Part shown: piece after piece, positions 39,860 to 52,060 of the stretch
How positions within the stretch are numbered: position 1 is the first letter of the stretch
How the letters are laid out: each line of letters starts with the position of its first letter
DNA from: Octopus sinensis
Taxonomy: Eukaryota
Length of the DNA: 64,000 bases
Reading direction: 5' to 3'
Assembly: GCF_006345805.1 (NCBI RefSeq)
Contig: NC_043009.1
Location: 67,270,001-67,334,000, forward strand
Translations under genes and position numbers: made by a program
The notes under the pieces: model-generated
Told to the model about the DNA's origin: nothing
The model's input: the letters and a program-made list of their open reading frames with translations, nothing else
The model's database searches: none

Positions 39860-40280
39860 CTAGGAATGATGACCATGAAGATAGTGATGATGATGATGCT
39901 GATAAAACAGTCATGGTAATGGTTAGTAATAGAAATAATTATAGGTGCGATGGTTCTGATGGTGATGACAGTTGCTGTGATGGTAATGATGATGGTATTA
40001 GGTGATGATTGTAATGATGATGATGCTGGTGAATACAATCATAGTGATGGTGATGATTGTGGAGACGATGGTAAAGATGATACCCTCAGTGATAATGGTA
40101 TTGAGGACAATCATGGTTGAAGATGAAGATGAGGATGATAATGATGATAGTGATATTGATGGTCGTCATGGTAATGATGATGATAATCATAGTAATTTGG
40201 AAAAAGGACAATCATCATAGTGATGATTGTTCCTATGACAATCATAGTGATGATGGTAGTGATTTATGATGGTTATGATG
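39860..40280. repeat. degenerate (GAT)n/(GGT)n triplet expansion
   Basis: Visible directly. Similar tracts at 17460-17640, 20750-21005, 32200-32370, 32600-32740 and 37860-38080. Confidence 0.9.
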
Positions 40281-40845
40281 ATGACTACAAGAATAATAAA
40301 CTGCCATCCCACATGTGATAGGTTTCTTTGATGGAAGTACAGTTGACTCTCTCGGAGCCAAAATAAAGCTGGTGCTTATTTGTCTTCTTTGAGAGCAGAA
40401 GGAAGAATCATAAAGCACTGCTAGACGAGTCACAGTATAGAGAGCTGGTCATATATAGAGCTGGTCAGTATAGAGTCACCAGGGGAGTCATAGGGAACTT
40501 TTAAATTTGTTATAGTTTCTGAAAGAATCAGAGCAGGCTAAGAGAGTTGTCACTAGTGAGAGTCACCAGAGAAGTCATAGAGAGTCACTAAAAGAGTCTT
40601 AGCTGTTAGAAGAGTCATTTACTTTCAGAGGAGTATTTTATTAGATCCCATCATTTGTTACCAACTGAATTTACCAGCTCACGGCATTTTTTAATATTCC
40701 AATCCAAGCCAAGGGAAAATGTTGTTTTATTTCTCGTTTGACTTCCTTTATTAAATTCTAACCATTCTTCTTTCTTGCTTCCTTTGATGAACTGAATCTT
40801 CCTTTCTTTTCCTCCCCTTCTTCACCCCCGCCACCCAACTTGCAG

Positions 40846-41048
40846 TTTTCCTGCGCAGCCTCTATCGATGGAGTCAATGCTAATGGTTATCGTGAAGTTT
40901 GGGTTTGCAACAGTGATGGCTACGTAGGTCACATGTGCCTCCTGAGCCTCCAACCGGAGCCGATCGTAACATTGAACACACCTGTACCTGGGTGTAATGC
41001 CAGAATCCTTTGTATATGTGCTGTACCTGCCTATTCGGGTGGGCGACG
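40846..41048 (+). CDS. ARHGEF17: exon 11 (propeller), FSCAASIDG...EVWVCNSDGYVGHMCLLSL...RILCICAVPAYSGGR
   Basis: ttgcag / CG|gtaagt, 203 nt, phase 0-2. The VWVCNSDGYVG signature is recalled from ARHGEF17. Confidence 0.96.
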
Positions 41049-41777
41049 GTAAGTTTCTTTTATGTTTATGCATTTGGCCTTTTTTGTGGGGTTTTTTTTT
41101 TTGGCTTCTCGGTGTTGTTGCAACACCCTTGCCTCTCCCTAGGACACCGTTCTTCTGGAAGCCCCTTCTCAACCACTCCTTGTGTTTTGCTTTTTTCTAT
41201 CATTGGTCATCATCATTTACTGTCCATTTTCCATCTGAATGCTTTGATAGGATCCAGCAGGTCAGAGGACTGTAGTGCCACAATTTCTGTTTTAGCATGG
41301 TTTTTATAACTAGGAGAGCCCTTCCTAACATGACCCACTTTACAGAATGTACTGTCTGCTTTTCTGTATGACCAACATTAGAGAGGTTGCCAAGTAACTC
41401 ACAAGGCAAAAGCCCCTTGATTGAGGGGGATGAAGTATTTAGGGAGAAGGCCTGTGCCAGATGTTGAGAGGCAAGAGTATGGTAGAGGGAGAGGATCAAA
41501 GGTGTTGCTGAAGGGGAGATACATGGCTACCTCAGCTGGAAAAGAAAAGACAATGATGATGGGGATGAGGTGTCAGGTCATACCTCCAAGATACAAGGGG
41601 TGTGACTGTATGGATGTATAATGGTGAATGGATAATGAGTGCTGAAAAAAATGCTTTAAATTTAATTGTAATTTAATTTCATTGATGTCTGAGGTCACTG
41701 CCCTCCACCCCCAAAACATATTTCAAAGATTCTCTGAATGGCATGAGTACTGCCCCTTGCACCTCCTTTGGCCTCAG

Positions 41778-41890
41778 AGGTCATTTGAAGGTCAAGGGCG
41801 CTGCCTCATCCACCTCCTCTGTCCCTATAACATATGATGGTCATAGTCACTGCCCATCCACCTTTGACCTCAGAGGTCATCTGAAGGTCA
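41778..41890 (+). promoter_or_regulatory. candidate nuclear-receptor DR5 elements
   Basis: AGGTCA-TTTGA-AGGTCA (41778-41794) and AGGTCA-TCTGA-AGGTCA (41874-41890). Motif only, function untested. Confidence 0.3.
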
Positions 41891-41989
41891 TGAGTACTTA
41901 AGCTTGCAATTCCTCTGACCCTTTAAATACCCATAAGGCTCCCTGTAAGTAGTGGACAGCTTCTGTTTTGTAGGTGAACTCCTTAGCAA

Positions 41990-42400
41990 TGGAGAGTGTG
42001 CTGGGGAGTTTTTTACTTCAATTGGTTACAAAGAGATTCTCTTTTCAGGTGAAGGGCAGATTGTATGATGTTTGTATATGAAGTGTGATTCTGCATGGGA
42101 TCAAGATATGGGCCTTGAATGCTGAAGATTTGTGAAAACTAGGCAAAAATGGGAGGAACATGCTCTACTAGATGTGTAATGTGCATGAAGAATGAAACAG
42201 AAATGAACTGAGAGAGAAATTGAGTATAAGAGGAATCGGATGGAATGTTCCAGAAAGAAGATTGGTATAGGTATGGGCAGAGGATTCATATGGGAGATGA
42301 GAGTTTGGTAAGGGAAGTGCCAAGTGATCCAAATGAAAGGAAACTACAAAAGTGTAAGACTTGGGAAGAATTGGTGAAGGTTAATTTCCAGGGGCTGAAC
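41990..42400 (+). mobile_element. degenerate RTE LINE ORF2 remnant
   Basis: KRFSFQVKGRLYDVCI*SVILHG...ELREKLSIRGI...KTWEELV. Confidence 0.65.
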
Positions 42401-42893
42401 TGGAAATGACAAAGGACTGAGACAAGTGATTGGACATCGCATTGGAGAAGATATGTCCAAGCCATGCACTGGACGGGCAGAAATAGATGTAAGAATTATA
42501 ATCATGATGAATGTGGGTCATCCATTTTGCTGTGGCCATGCATCAGCATCTATTAATCTTTTCTGTGATGATTTCTTTGTTCTTCATACTTCTCCTCCTC
42601 CTCCAAATTATTTTCTGAATTATGTTAATTGTATTCTTTTTGGAATAGTGGATCTTGAAGCACACATGTTTACAGTTCTATATCAACACTCCTTGCATTA
42701 AATGTGTAAACACTATCTAAACTATAGCATTTTCATGCAAGGACTTATAAAATTCTTGAAAATTTCTGTTTTCTGTTTATATATATATATATTATATATA
42801 TATATATATTTTTCTGTCATGAAAAAGAATTTTGAATTGTAAAAAAGAAAATATTTGAATATCCAATTGAAATATTTCAAAATCTGTTACCAG

Positions 42894-43108
42894 AAGCAGC
42901 ATGAAGAACCGACGGAATCGTAACGCAGACAGTTCCAGTAACAACATGACCAGCATTGACAGGCCTCGAATTAACATCGAATCAGTGGACACTTGCATGG
43001 AGAGCATCGGAGAAGATGCTGGGTCACCCAGTGAGTCAGAGTCGAGTGATGACGATGTTTATTCAATTCCACACCACATGGAGACAACTGAGAAACTGTG
43101 TGTTGAAG
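42894..43108 (+). CDS. ARHGEF17: exon 12 (Ser/acidic linker), SSMKNRRNR...EKLCVE
   Basis: accag / AAG|gtaagt, 215 nt, phase 2-1. Open frame with coding-like composition. Confidence 0.88.
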
Positions 43109-44054
43109 GTAAGTTCTTTGATTGAAACCATCGGGATAAATTGTTGTTGCTTAAGCCCAGGCCAACCTTGGTTCAACAAGTCCAAGCTCAGAATCCATTG
43201 CTCCAATTCATTTGTTTGTGGGTCAAATATATAAATGGGTTTTGCTTGTTGATTAGAAATAAATATGCAATTAGGAACACAAACCCAAGTCGATGGTTGA
43301 TGTTATTTTCGTTTATTGGCAAGCTGGAGTAACACCTTCACCTATCACATTTATTTCTTATTTCTTTATTGCCCACAAGGGGCTAAACATAGAGGGGACA
43401 AACAAGGACAGACAAAGGTATTAAGTCGATTACATCGACTCCAGTGCGTAACTGGTACTTAATTTATCAACCTTGAAAGGATGAAAGGCAGTCGACCTCA
43501 GCAGAATTTGAACTCAGAACGTAGCAGCAGACGAAATACCACTACGCATTTCGTCCGGCGTGCTAATATTTCTGCCAGCTCGCTGCCTTTTATTCACGTT
43601 TATTTCTAGTTAGCTTATTAACATTGTATATTATTAATATTACAAATTGATAGTTAGTTTATCAATACATTATCTAAACTATAGCATTTTCATGCAAGGA
43701 CCACGTTGTGCCATGTGCCATTCCTTTTGCTTTTTTAAGACAGGTGTGATTTAAAGTAGTGTTGACTGCTACTTCTTGCCAACTGAGCAGCCATGTGAAT
43801 GCTCCTTCATTCGTCTACTTTTAACTATTAATCTTGTCTGGGATGATTTCTTTGTTCTTCATACTCCTCCTCCTCCTCCAAATTATTTTCTGAATTATGT
43901 TAATTGTATTGTTCTTTTTGGAATAGTGGATCTTGAAGCACACGTTTACAGTTCTATATCAATACTCCTCGCATTAAATGTGTAATACTGCAAATACTGC
44001 TTTGAGATCCATTGTTCCAAAAAAGAATTATTTCATGTTTTCTCAAAAGTTTAT

Positions 44055-44120
44055 AAATATATAATTAACATGTTGTCAACAACATAAGAATGTTGTTGAC
44101 AACATGTTAATTATATATTT
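44055..44120. repeat. perfect 31-bp inverted repeat with a 4-nt loop
   Basis: AAATATATAATTAACATGTTGTCAACAACAT-AAGA-ATGTTGTTGACAACATGTTAATTATATATTT. Confidence 0.95.
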
Positions 44121-44252
44121 TTGTTAATTATATATTTTTGTTCTCAATGAAGATGTTTAGTTTGTGTGACCACCCACTCCTTGTTATTTACTTTAATCCT
44201 AATCCTAACAGATTATAAGGAATTATTTGTATTTATTTGTTTATTTCCAAAG

Positions 44253-44379
44253 ATGTTGAAAGCTTGAGTATTTCCACAACATCATCATCAACAAGCAATA
44301 TCCAAGAACAGAATATCTCCGGGCGATGGATGCACGATGCATTAAAGAGTACCATGTGGTTGGGCACAGAAGACGGATG
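44253..44379 (+). CDS. ARHGEF17: exon 13, (D)VESLSIS...KSTMWLGTEDG
   Basis: tttccaaag / TG|gtaaag, 127 nt, phase 1-2. STMWLGTEDG motif. Confidence 0.9.
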
Positions 44380-45872
44380 GTAAAGATTTCATTCCTTAAA
44401 CCTAAGTTTTTATGGTATATTTTATATTTTGCATGTCAGATTGAATGATAGTACACAGTCCTATCACAGTTTCAGCCAGACTATCAGATGTTGTTAAACA
44501 CCGCTAATCACAATCTGCTTTGCATTGTTTTAGCTTTCGAATGATGCCACCCCACTGACATGGTGAGCAGGCCAACATTCCCACCGATTGGCAAGCTATT
44601 CCATCACAGGGTTACCATTTACAGCTTTGTGGAATGGAACTATGTGAAATGAAGCGTTCTACTCAAGAACACAATGCATTGCCCAGTCCAGGAATCGAAC
44701 CCTTAATCTAGCAATCATAAGTGTGATACCCTAACCACTCGGCCTCGTGCCTTCACCCCTTCTATATACAGCGTTTGATAATAACATTTGAGTTTGTTAT
44801 TTATTCTGTTAAGATCAATAAAACAAGAAATAGTTAGTGGGACTCCTGGGGCAATTCCTATCAAAAGCAGGCCCCTTTATGATGAGTGTTGGATGGGGAG
44901 CAGCCTCTAGATATAGGGGTCAGGAGTGAATTTGTCCTGGACCAGATGGGCTGCCCTTTGGCAAGTCATAGCACTTGACAGTCGTCCAACTTTGTGTTAC
45001 AAGTGAAACTGTGGGAATCCTTATGGTTGATATGCAGTCTCAGGAATAGAATCATCCAATGATCAATGCTAATGTCCACATGAAGTTGGACAGAGGAACA
45101 TCTGTGAGGCCCCTGACCAATTCCACTGTGTTCCTGAAGTCTATTACATCTAAAGTTTAGACACTCAGTGACTATGGAGGTTACCAGCCAATGCAAAATT
45201 GACATCTAAACAAACCCGATCAAGTGATGATTGTTTTTAAAGATGACTTAGTATATCAAGGACTACATTGTGCAATGTACCATTCCTTTCTTTTCTTTCT
45301 TTCTGTCTTTCTTTTTTCTTTTTTAAGATAGTAGGATGTGATTAGAAGAAAAGTTGACTGCTATTTCTTGCCAGTTGGGCAACCATGTGAATGCCCTTCA
45401 TTCTTTTTTCCACTTTTAATCTTGTCTGTGATGATTCCTTCACTGCCCATTCACTTCTTCCTCAAAATTCTTCTACTTCATTGGCTGTTGGTGCTGAGTT
45501 GATTTCGATTTGATTTTTACCTTTATTATTATCATCATCATCACTTAAAACATTGTCTACATTAACCCCTTTATTACCATATTTCTGTTTAAAAACATTG
45601 AGTTTGTTTCAATGAAATTTAAAAAAAAAAAATGAATTTAGTAAAATAACCTGGTCATTAATTAATTTGGTATTTGGGACATAAATGAACATAGAATTTC
45701 AAGGGAAGATTTTGATTTAGACCACCTTACAACAGGAATTTTGTATCAATGGACCCCAGAGGTGATCTCAGGAGGTGAGTTTGTATGAAAACTTCAGTAA
45801 TGTTGTGATGATTTCTGTTAAATTATTCATTAATATAAACCATCAACCGTTTCTTTCTCTCGTCTTCTACAG

Positions 45873-45959
45873 CATTCACATCTTTCTGTGCACTGATAAC
45901 ATCAAAACAACCAAAAACAAGTTGAAGATCCAACATGTAGCGCCTGTGTATTGTATAAT
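45873..45959 (+). CDS. ARHGEF17: exon 14, (C)IHIFLCTDNIKTTKNKLKIQHVAPVYCI
   Basis: ctacag / AT|gtaagt, 87 nt, phase 2-2. Confidence 0.9.
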
Positions 45960-46014
45960 GTAAGTATGGCTCAACTAATTCATAAAAGCTGCTTAATTTG
46001 ATACGCTAAGATAA

Positions 46015-46315
46015 TCTTTATATATAAAAGTGAAGTTGTGTGTCTGTCTCCTACGATTTAGATTCCTAACTACTCCCACATTTTGCAGTGCAGTTTAACC
46101 AAAAGCGGGTATCTTATAGTCGTGATTCATATCAAGCCCTTCTGGGTATTAGCGCGCGTCTACGATGAGTCTACGATTTAAAAAAAAAATTTACCATCAT
46201 TTTTTCCCATTTTTAATGCATGTTTTTTGCTATTATATAAGGGAAGTAACTCTCTAAAAATGCTTATATAGTTATTTCCCTTACAAACCCGAGCAACGCC
46301 GGGCGATACTGCTAG
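46015..46315 (+). mobile_element. non-autonomous Helitron (301 bp)
   Basis: A|TCTTTATATATAAAA start, subterminal hairpin CCCGAGCAACGCCGGG (46288-46303), CTAG|T end, no TSD. Confidence 0.88.
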
Positions 46316-47404
46316 TTTGTTATAAACTATGTAGTTTGTGTGTTTTTTTGGGGGGAGGGGGTGCAGTGGAAGAATTTCCTCGGTGTCATCCTCAGTATTA
46401 ATTCTGTGATGTTACTAATGTGGACTCTGCAAGCTACAGCAGGAATATAAAGAATGGAATGAGAAGAGGAAAGATTAAGAAAATAGATAAACTGCAATCA
46501 AAGCAGGAAATGACCACACGAGGCTTTCTCTTTGGTGGCTTTTCACTCTGTCTCTCTCTTTCCCTGTCTACCTCTCTCTCTCTCTCAGTTGTAATTATAA
46601 ATAAAAACTGATCATCATCATTGTTTAACGTTCGCCTTCCATGCTAGCATGGGTTGAACAATTTGACTGAAGGCTGGCGAACCAGATGGCTGCACCAGAC
46701 TCTAGTCTGATCTGGCAGAGTCTCTACAGCTGGATGCCCTTCCTAATGCCAACCACTCCGAGAGTGTACTGGGTGCTTTTATGTGCCACTGGCATGGGGG
46801 CCAGTCAGGTGCTTCTGGCAACGACCATGCTCAAATGGTACTTTTTATCTGCCACCTGCACAGGAGCCAGTCTAGTGGCACTGGCAACGACCTTGCTCGA
46901 ATGTTTTTTCCTGTGCCACCAGCACAATGCATGTAACGATCACACTCGAATGGTGCTTTTTACATGCCACTGGCACGGAGGCCAGCTTGTTGCTCTGGCA
47001 ACGATCACGTTCGTATGGTACTCTTAGCGCTCCACTAGCATGGATGCAGGGTAGAAAGGCCGTTCTTGTCCTGGCACACAACTCTCTTTGGTGATAACAG
47101 GACAAGATATAATGCAGGCCAGTTGATGTTGCAGAGTGACTGAGAGACAGGAAGAGCATCCAGCTGTACATAATGACAAAGCATCGTAGTTTCTTCTTCG
47201 TTAGGTGTATCATGTGATGAAGGTCTGTGGTAGACATGTCCAATATCATGCAGGCACGAGGAAAATGTATGCTAACGATGATGACAGTAATAATAATTAA
47301 TATATTACCTATTACTCGGTAGTGTTAATAAGAACATATACAAATGATATTCACACATATGCACACATGCACATGCGTGTATGTGTGTGTGTGTAGATGA
47401 TGTA

Positions 47405-47781
47405 CACTACCGTCAGAAATTAATTAGCACCCTTGATTTGCTCTTCACTCAAGATATGTGCTGTCACCTAGTGGCCATATCTCGAACTATTGCTTTGTTG
47501 CGAGTTCACCGTTGCGCAGAACGATGACGTAACTTTGTTTGCAGAGCAGTTTGAGAGTCTACAGCCTTATGATGTTGACATAGCAGTGCAACAACTTGGA
47601 GTGCGGATGCAGACAAATCTTCCTTTGTTTAATAGATATAGGTAGCGCCTCGCAAGGACCGAAATCACACCATACTAAGTTTTCTCATCGCGTAAGACGT
47701 TTTGAACAGCTCATAGGTTAATTGATTTAACCTATTTAATGTAGAAATTTGAGAAGTGCTAATTAATTTCTGACGCAAGTG
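47405..47781. mobile_element. Tc1/mariner-type MITE (377 bp)
   Basis: 26-bp TIRs CACTACCGTCAGAAATTAATTAGCAC / GTGCTAATTAATTTCTGACGCAAGTG, with TA on both sides. Confidence 0.88.
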
Positions 47782-47848
47782 TATGTATAAACACCTAAAT
47801 TATATTGCATGTATGTTTAATACAATTCCATGTTTGTTATCTTTCCAG

Positions 47849-47916
47849 TTACCTTGACAACAAAGTGTTTGTATCTTTGGCCAATGGAGACCTGATAGTC
47901 TACAGACGTGATATTG
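47849..47916 (+). CDS. ARHGEF17: exon 15, (I)YLDNKVFVSLANGDLIVYRRDI
   Basis: ttccag / G|gtaagt, 68 nt, phase 2-1. VFVSLANG motif. Confidence 0.93.
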
Positions 47917-48303
47917 GTAAGTTCTCTTCCATCATACTCGATCAGTTGTCTTTGGAGAAAATACTGGCCTTGTGCCAAAATTTGAAACCATTATTATCAT
48001 TATTATTATTATTATTATTGGCATTTGGTCTGTCTTTACTTTCTGAATTCAAACTCCACAAAGGTTGACTTTGCTTTTCATCCTTTCAGAATCAGTAGAA
48101 TAGAGTACCAGTCAAGCACTGACGTTGATGTAATTGACTAAATGTACCCCCCGCACCAAATTTCCAGCCTTGCACCTTTACTAGAAAGGATTATCATCAT
48201 CATAAGTGCATCATACAAAGTACCTTGTAGTATTTGTTGTTGCTTTTTTAAATCCTATCTGGATCAGTTTTTCTTTCCATCTTTCTGGATGTACTTTTTT
48301 CAA

Positions 48304-48722
48304 ATACCAGAGTGTAAGCGCCCTGAGAGAAATGTTAGACACAAGAAGCATCAGATGTGGTGTGCAAGAGAGACGTTTGTGTTGGAATGGTCATGTACTG
48401 TGGATGGACAAGGATAGCTGCATGGAGAAGTGCCACTCCGAAACAGTGGAAGGAATCCGGGGTAGAGGGAAACCCAGGAAGACATGGGTTGAGGTGGTGA
48501 AGCATGACCTTTGAATGTTGGGCCTCACAGAGGCAATGACAAAGACCAAGACCTCTAGAGGTATGCTGTGACTGAAAAGACCCAGCAAATAAAGTGAGTT
48601 CACAGCTGTAACCTACACCAGTGTCGCATAACCAGCCCACTCAAAAGTACCCTGGATTGTAGGGTGACATGCCGTGCTTGAGGAGACCTACTGAGTCAAG
48701 TACATCAACATCAAATCAAATG
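48304..48722 (+). mobile_element. 5'-truncated RTE LINE 3' end
   Basis: RCGVQERRLCWNGHVLWMDKDSCMEKCHSETVEGIRGRGKPRKTWVEVVKHDL, then 3'UTR and an (atcaa)n tail. Confidence 0.85.
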
Positions 48723-49315
48723 GAAATTGTAATTGTGACCCCCATGCCAGTAGCATGTAAAAAGCACCATCCGATCGTGGTTGATGGTAGCTCCGCTGGC
48801 CCCTGTGCCGGTGGCACGTAAAAAGCACCCACTACATTCTTGGAGTGGTTGGCGTTAGGAAGGGCATCCAGCTGTAGAGACACTGCCAGATCAGACTGGA
48901 GTCTGGTGCAGCCTCCTGGTTTCCCAGACCCCAGTCGAACTATCCAACCCATGCCAGCATGGAAAATGGACATTAAACGTTGATGATGATCTCAAAGCCT
49001 ACAGGAACTGAGTAGGTTTCACAGACGGAAATTGTGTGGAAGTCTGCTGTTTGTGTGTCTGTGTTTTTCCACCCCCATCCCAACCACTTCACCAATAGTT
49101 GGCTTGTTGGTATCTATTGTTGAACTGCTAAGTTACAGGGATGTAAACAGAGTAAGTACCAATCTTAATAAAATAACTCCTGGGGTCAATTCGACTGAAA
49201 CCCTCCAACATGTTTCCCCAACATGGCTGCTGTTTAATGACAAACAAGTAAAAGACAAAAAGGTAAGAAATTGATTCTGGCAAGTTTTTTAGCCTTTTTT
49301 TTTTATTCTTTCCAG

Positions 49316-49464
49316 ATGGCCAATGGGACACTGAACACCCATACACAAGGACTCTCGGATCAGTGACATCGCCAATTAATAAAATGCATGCTGTTGCTGG
49401 CAAGTTGTGGTGTGGTTCTCAAAACAGCATTTGTATCGTCAACCCTCTGACCTTGAAGATCGAG
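49316..49464 (+). CDS. ARHGEF17: exon 16, (D)GQWDTEHPYT...KLWCGSQNSICIVNPLTLKIE
   Basis: ttccag / GAG|gtgagt, 149 nt, phase 1-0. Confidence 0.93.
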
Positions 49465-49601
49465 GTGAGTAATTTTGTGTTACTCATTATGCTTTAGTCA
49501 CTTATTATGTATCAAATGTCAGATCAGCTGGTCAAGAACTGCAGATGATTCCACGGGTTACAAAGTCCATGAGGGAACCCTCCATACAATTGCTCAAGCT
49601 A

Positions 49602-50886
49602 TTAGGTTGTCAAGAAAGTTCTTGCGGTTCTTAACCTTTAAATTCAGATGCAGATATCTCGGCTCAAACCAAACTTTATTAATCGAAGTAAACACTATCA
49701 GAATCAATTCACTTTTGCCAACGCGAAACAAGTTTATTTATGCCAGTAGCGTAAGAATCCTGCGTTCTGGTGACGATGAAGTCGTTAAAGGTGTGTTTGG
49801 CATCGTCTTGGTTTTTTAAGCATTTCTCACACAGGAAGTTGTCGAGATGCTTGAAAAAGTGGTAGTCGGTAGGCAAGAGATCTGGTGAGTATGGTGGATG
49901 AAGCAGAGTTTCGTAGCCCAATTCGTACAACTTCTGCAGGGTCAGTTGTGTGACGTGTGTTTTAGCGTTGTCATGGAGAAGAATTGGTCCTTTTCTATTG
50001 ACCAATGCTAGCTTTTGTTGTCGCAGTTTCTTATGCATTTCATCCAATTGCTGACAGTACTTCTCTGCTGTAATGGTTTCGTTTGGATCCAAAAAGGTGC
50101 GATGGATGAGACGGGCTGCAGATCACCAAACAGTCACCATGACCTTCTTTTGGTGCAACTTTGGTTTCGGGAAGTGCCGTGGAGATCCGTCAGCGTCCAA
50201 CCTCTGAGCTGAGCATCGCCGGTTGTCGTAAAGAATCCACTTTTCATCGCAAGTCACAATCCGGTCGAGAAACGGGTTCGTTCTTGTTGCGTAAAAGAAG
50301 GGAGGACGACACTTCAAAATGGCGGTGTTTTTTTTTGTCGTTCAATTCGTGCGGCACCCATTTCTCAAAGTATTTTTGTTTTTCCAATCTCTTTCAAGTG
50401 GTTGGAAATTGTCGTCTACGTTACGTCTAATTCAGAAGCAAGCTCTCGAACAGTTGTGTGTGGATTGGCTTCCACTAAGGCTCTTAGTTGATCGTTATCA
50501 ACATCCGATGGCCAACCACTACGCTTATCATCTTCAAGACTCTCGTCACCGCTACAAAATTTCTTGAACCACCATTGTGCTGTACGTTCATTAGTGGTTC
50601 CTGGGCCAAACGCATCATTGATATCGTGAGCTGTTTCAGCAGCTTTTCAGCCTAGCTTGAACTGGAATAAGAAAATTGTGTGAATTTGCTTTTTGTCCAT
50701 GTATTTAATGTTCCGGAAAAAATGGCCTAATCATTCAAAAAGAAAAAGAGTAACACGATTAAATAGAGCGAAAAACGGGCTTTAAAATGATAGATAAAGT
50801 CAAAGTAATTTAATGAGAATTAATTTGAAAATACATCATTTAAAACCAAAATTAAAAATTTCGCAAGAACTTTCTTGACCACCTAA
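49602..50886 (-). mobile_element. full-length (1285 bp) decayed mariner, Hsmar1/cecropia-like
   Basis: 25-bp TIRs TTAGGT(T/G)GTCAAGAAAGTTCTTGCG (24/25 identical) at 49602-49626 and 50862-50886, TA TSD. Confidence 0.95.
49679..50700 (-). pseudogene. mariner transposase pseudogene
   Basis: MDKKQIHTIFLFQFKLG*KAAE...WVPHEL...RIVTCDEKW...LLHDNA...YSPDLLPTDYHFF...RWQK, with at least two stops and two frameshifts. Confidence 0.93.
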
Positions 50887-50968
50887 TACTAGAAAAAGCA
50901 ATCAAAGTTCTCACAAGTAACAATCATTTGAAGAAGGAAAGAGACACCACCACCAACCTCTGTTGTTG

Positions 50969-51002
<34 letters not shown>

Positions 51003-52060
51003 TACAACACTGTGTAACATGATTTTTGTCCTTGGGAAGCAACTGTTATTTCCTGTTTGCTTACCCACTGGAAATTACGATAATTGAGTAATATTTCCTT
51101 CAAACTTTGCTTCTGTTATGATATTTATTCAAACCCCAAAGAATCTCTTTCAACACATGGCTATGATGCTCCCCGACTACTCCTGCACCTGATCAGAGAT
51201 GCACATGTTAGCAACTACCATACATGCTAAAGCAGTTAAGGTCAAACAACTGACAAGTAAATCTATGGTGTTGAGCAGGATATTTACTATAATGATATTT
51301 CTGCTTCAGCAACTCAGCGCTGAATCTGTTAGAAATGTAATGGGGGAAAAAGGTCAGTTTCAAAACATTGATGTCCAGGTCATAAAAGTAAAGTTTGAAG
51401 GGAAAAGTAACCATTTCCCTCGATGTCTAGATAGAAGCAAATAGGAAATAACACTAACAAAAGCAAAAAAATAATAATAATAATAATTTTGTTACACATT
51501 GTTATTATTGATGTCCATTCTTGCAAAGGGCTGACAGAGTTTATCGTGGCAGACTGTCTGAAGTCAGGTGCCTTTCCTGTCACCATTCCTCACCTGTTTC
51601 CAGGCAACTTAATATTTCCTCACACCCAGACATGTTCTCATAGAATATTGGAAAGAAATGGCATTGCTTGTTTGCCCAGTGACTCTCACCTGTAATTATC
51701 ATGTAATGTCAAGACAAAAATATGCACCACTATACACCCACTCACATATATGTCAGGCTTCATCCAGTTTCCATCTACCAAATCCATGAAACAACCAGTA
51801 ATATAATATAATATACTAATATCGATTCAGTTGGCATGACAACTCTGAGAAATTTATGCTTCAGTTTTTTTGTCATTCCAACAGGAAACGGTATTTCCTA
51901 GGGTTAAATAACAGTAGCATTCTTCCCTTTCATGGGACTGTCACGTTAAGTTGACAACATGCTATCACTTTAATTTTTTTTTCCATTATCTTGGAATTAT
52001 GTCTTCTAAGAAATTTGTGTATTTATTGTGTGTTTTCCATTTCTGCTTTTTCTCTTCCAG

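Noticed and set aside
46780-47030. CRISPR-like periodic repeats
   Set aside because: Eukaryotic locus. These are degenerate tandem units inside a LINE 3'UTR, without unique spacers.
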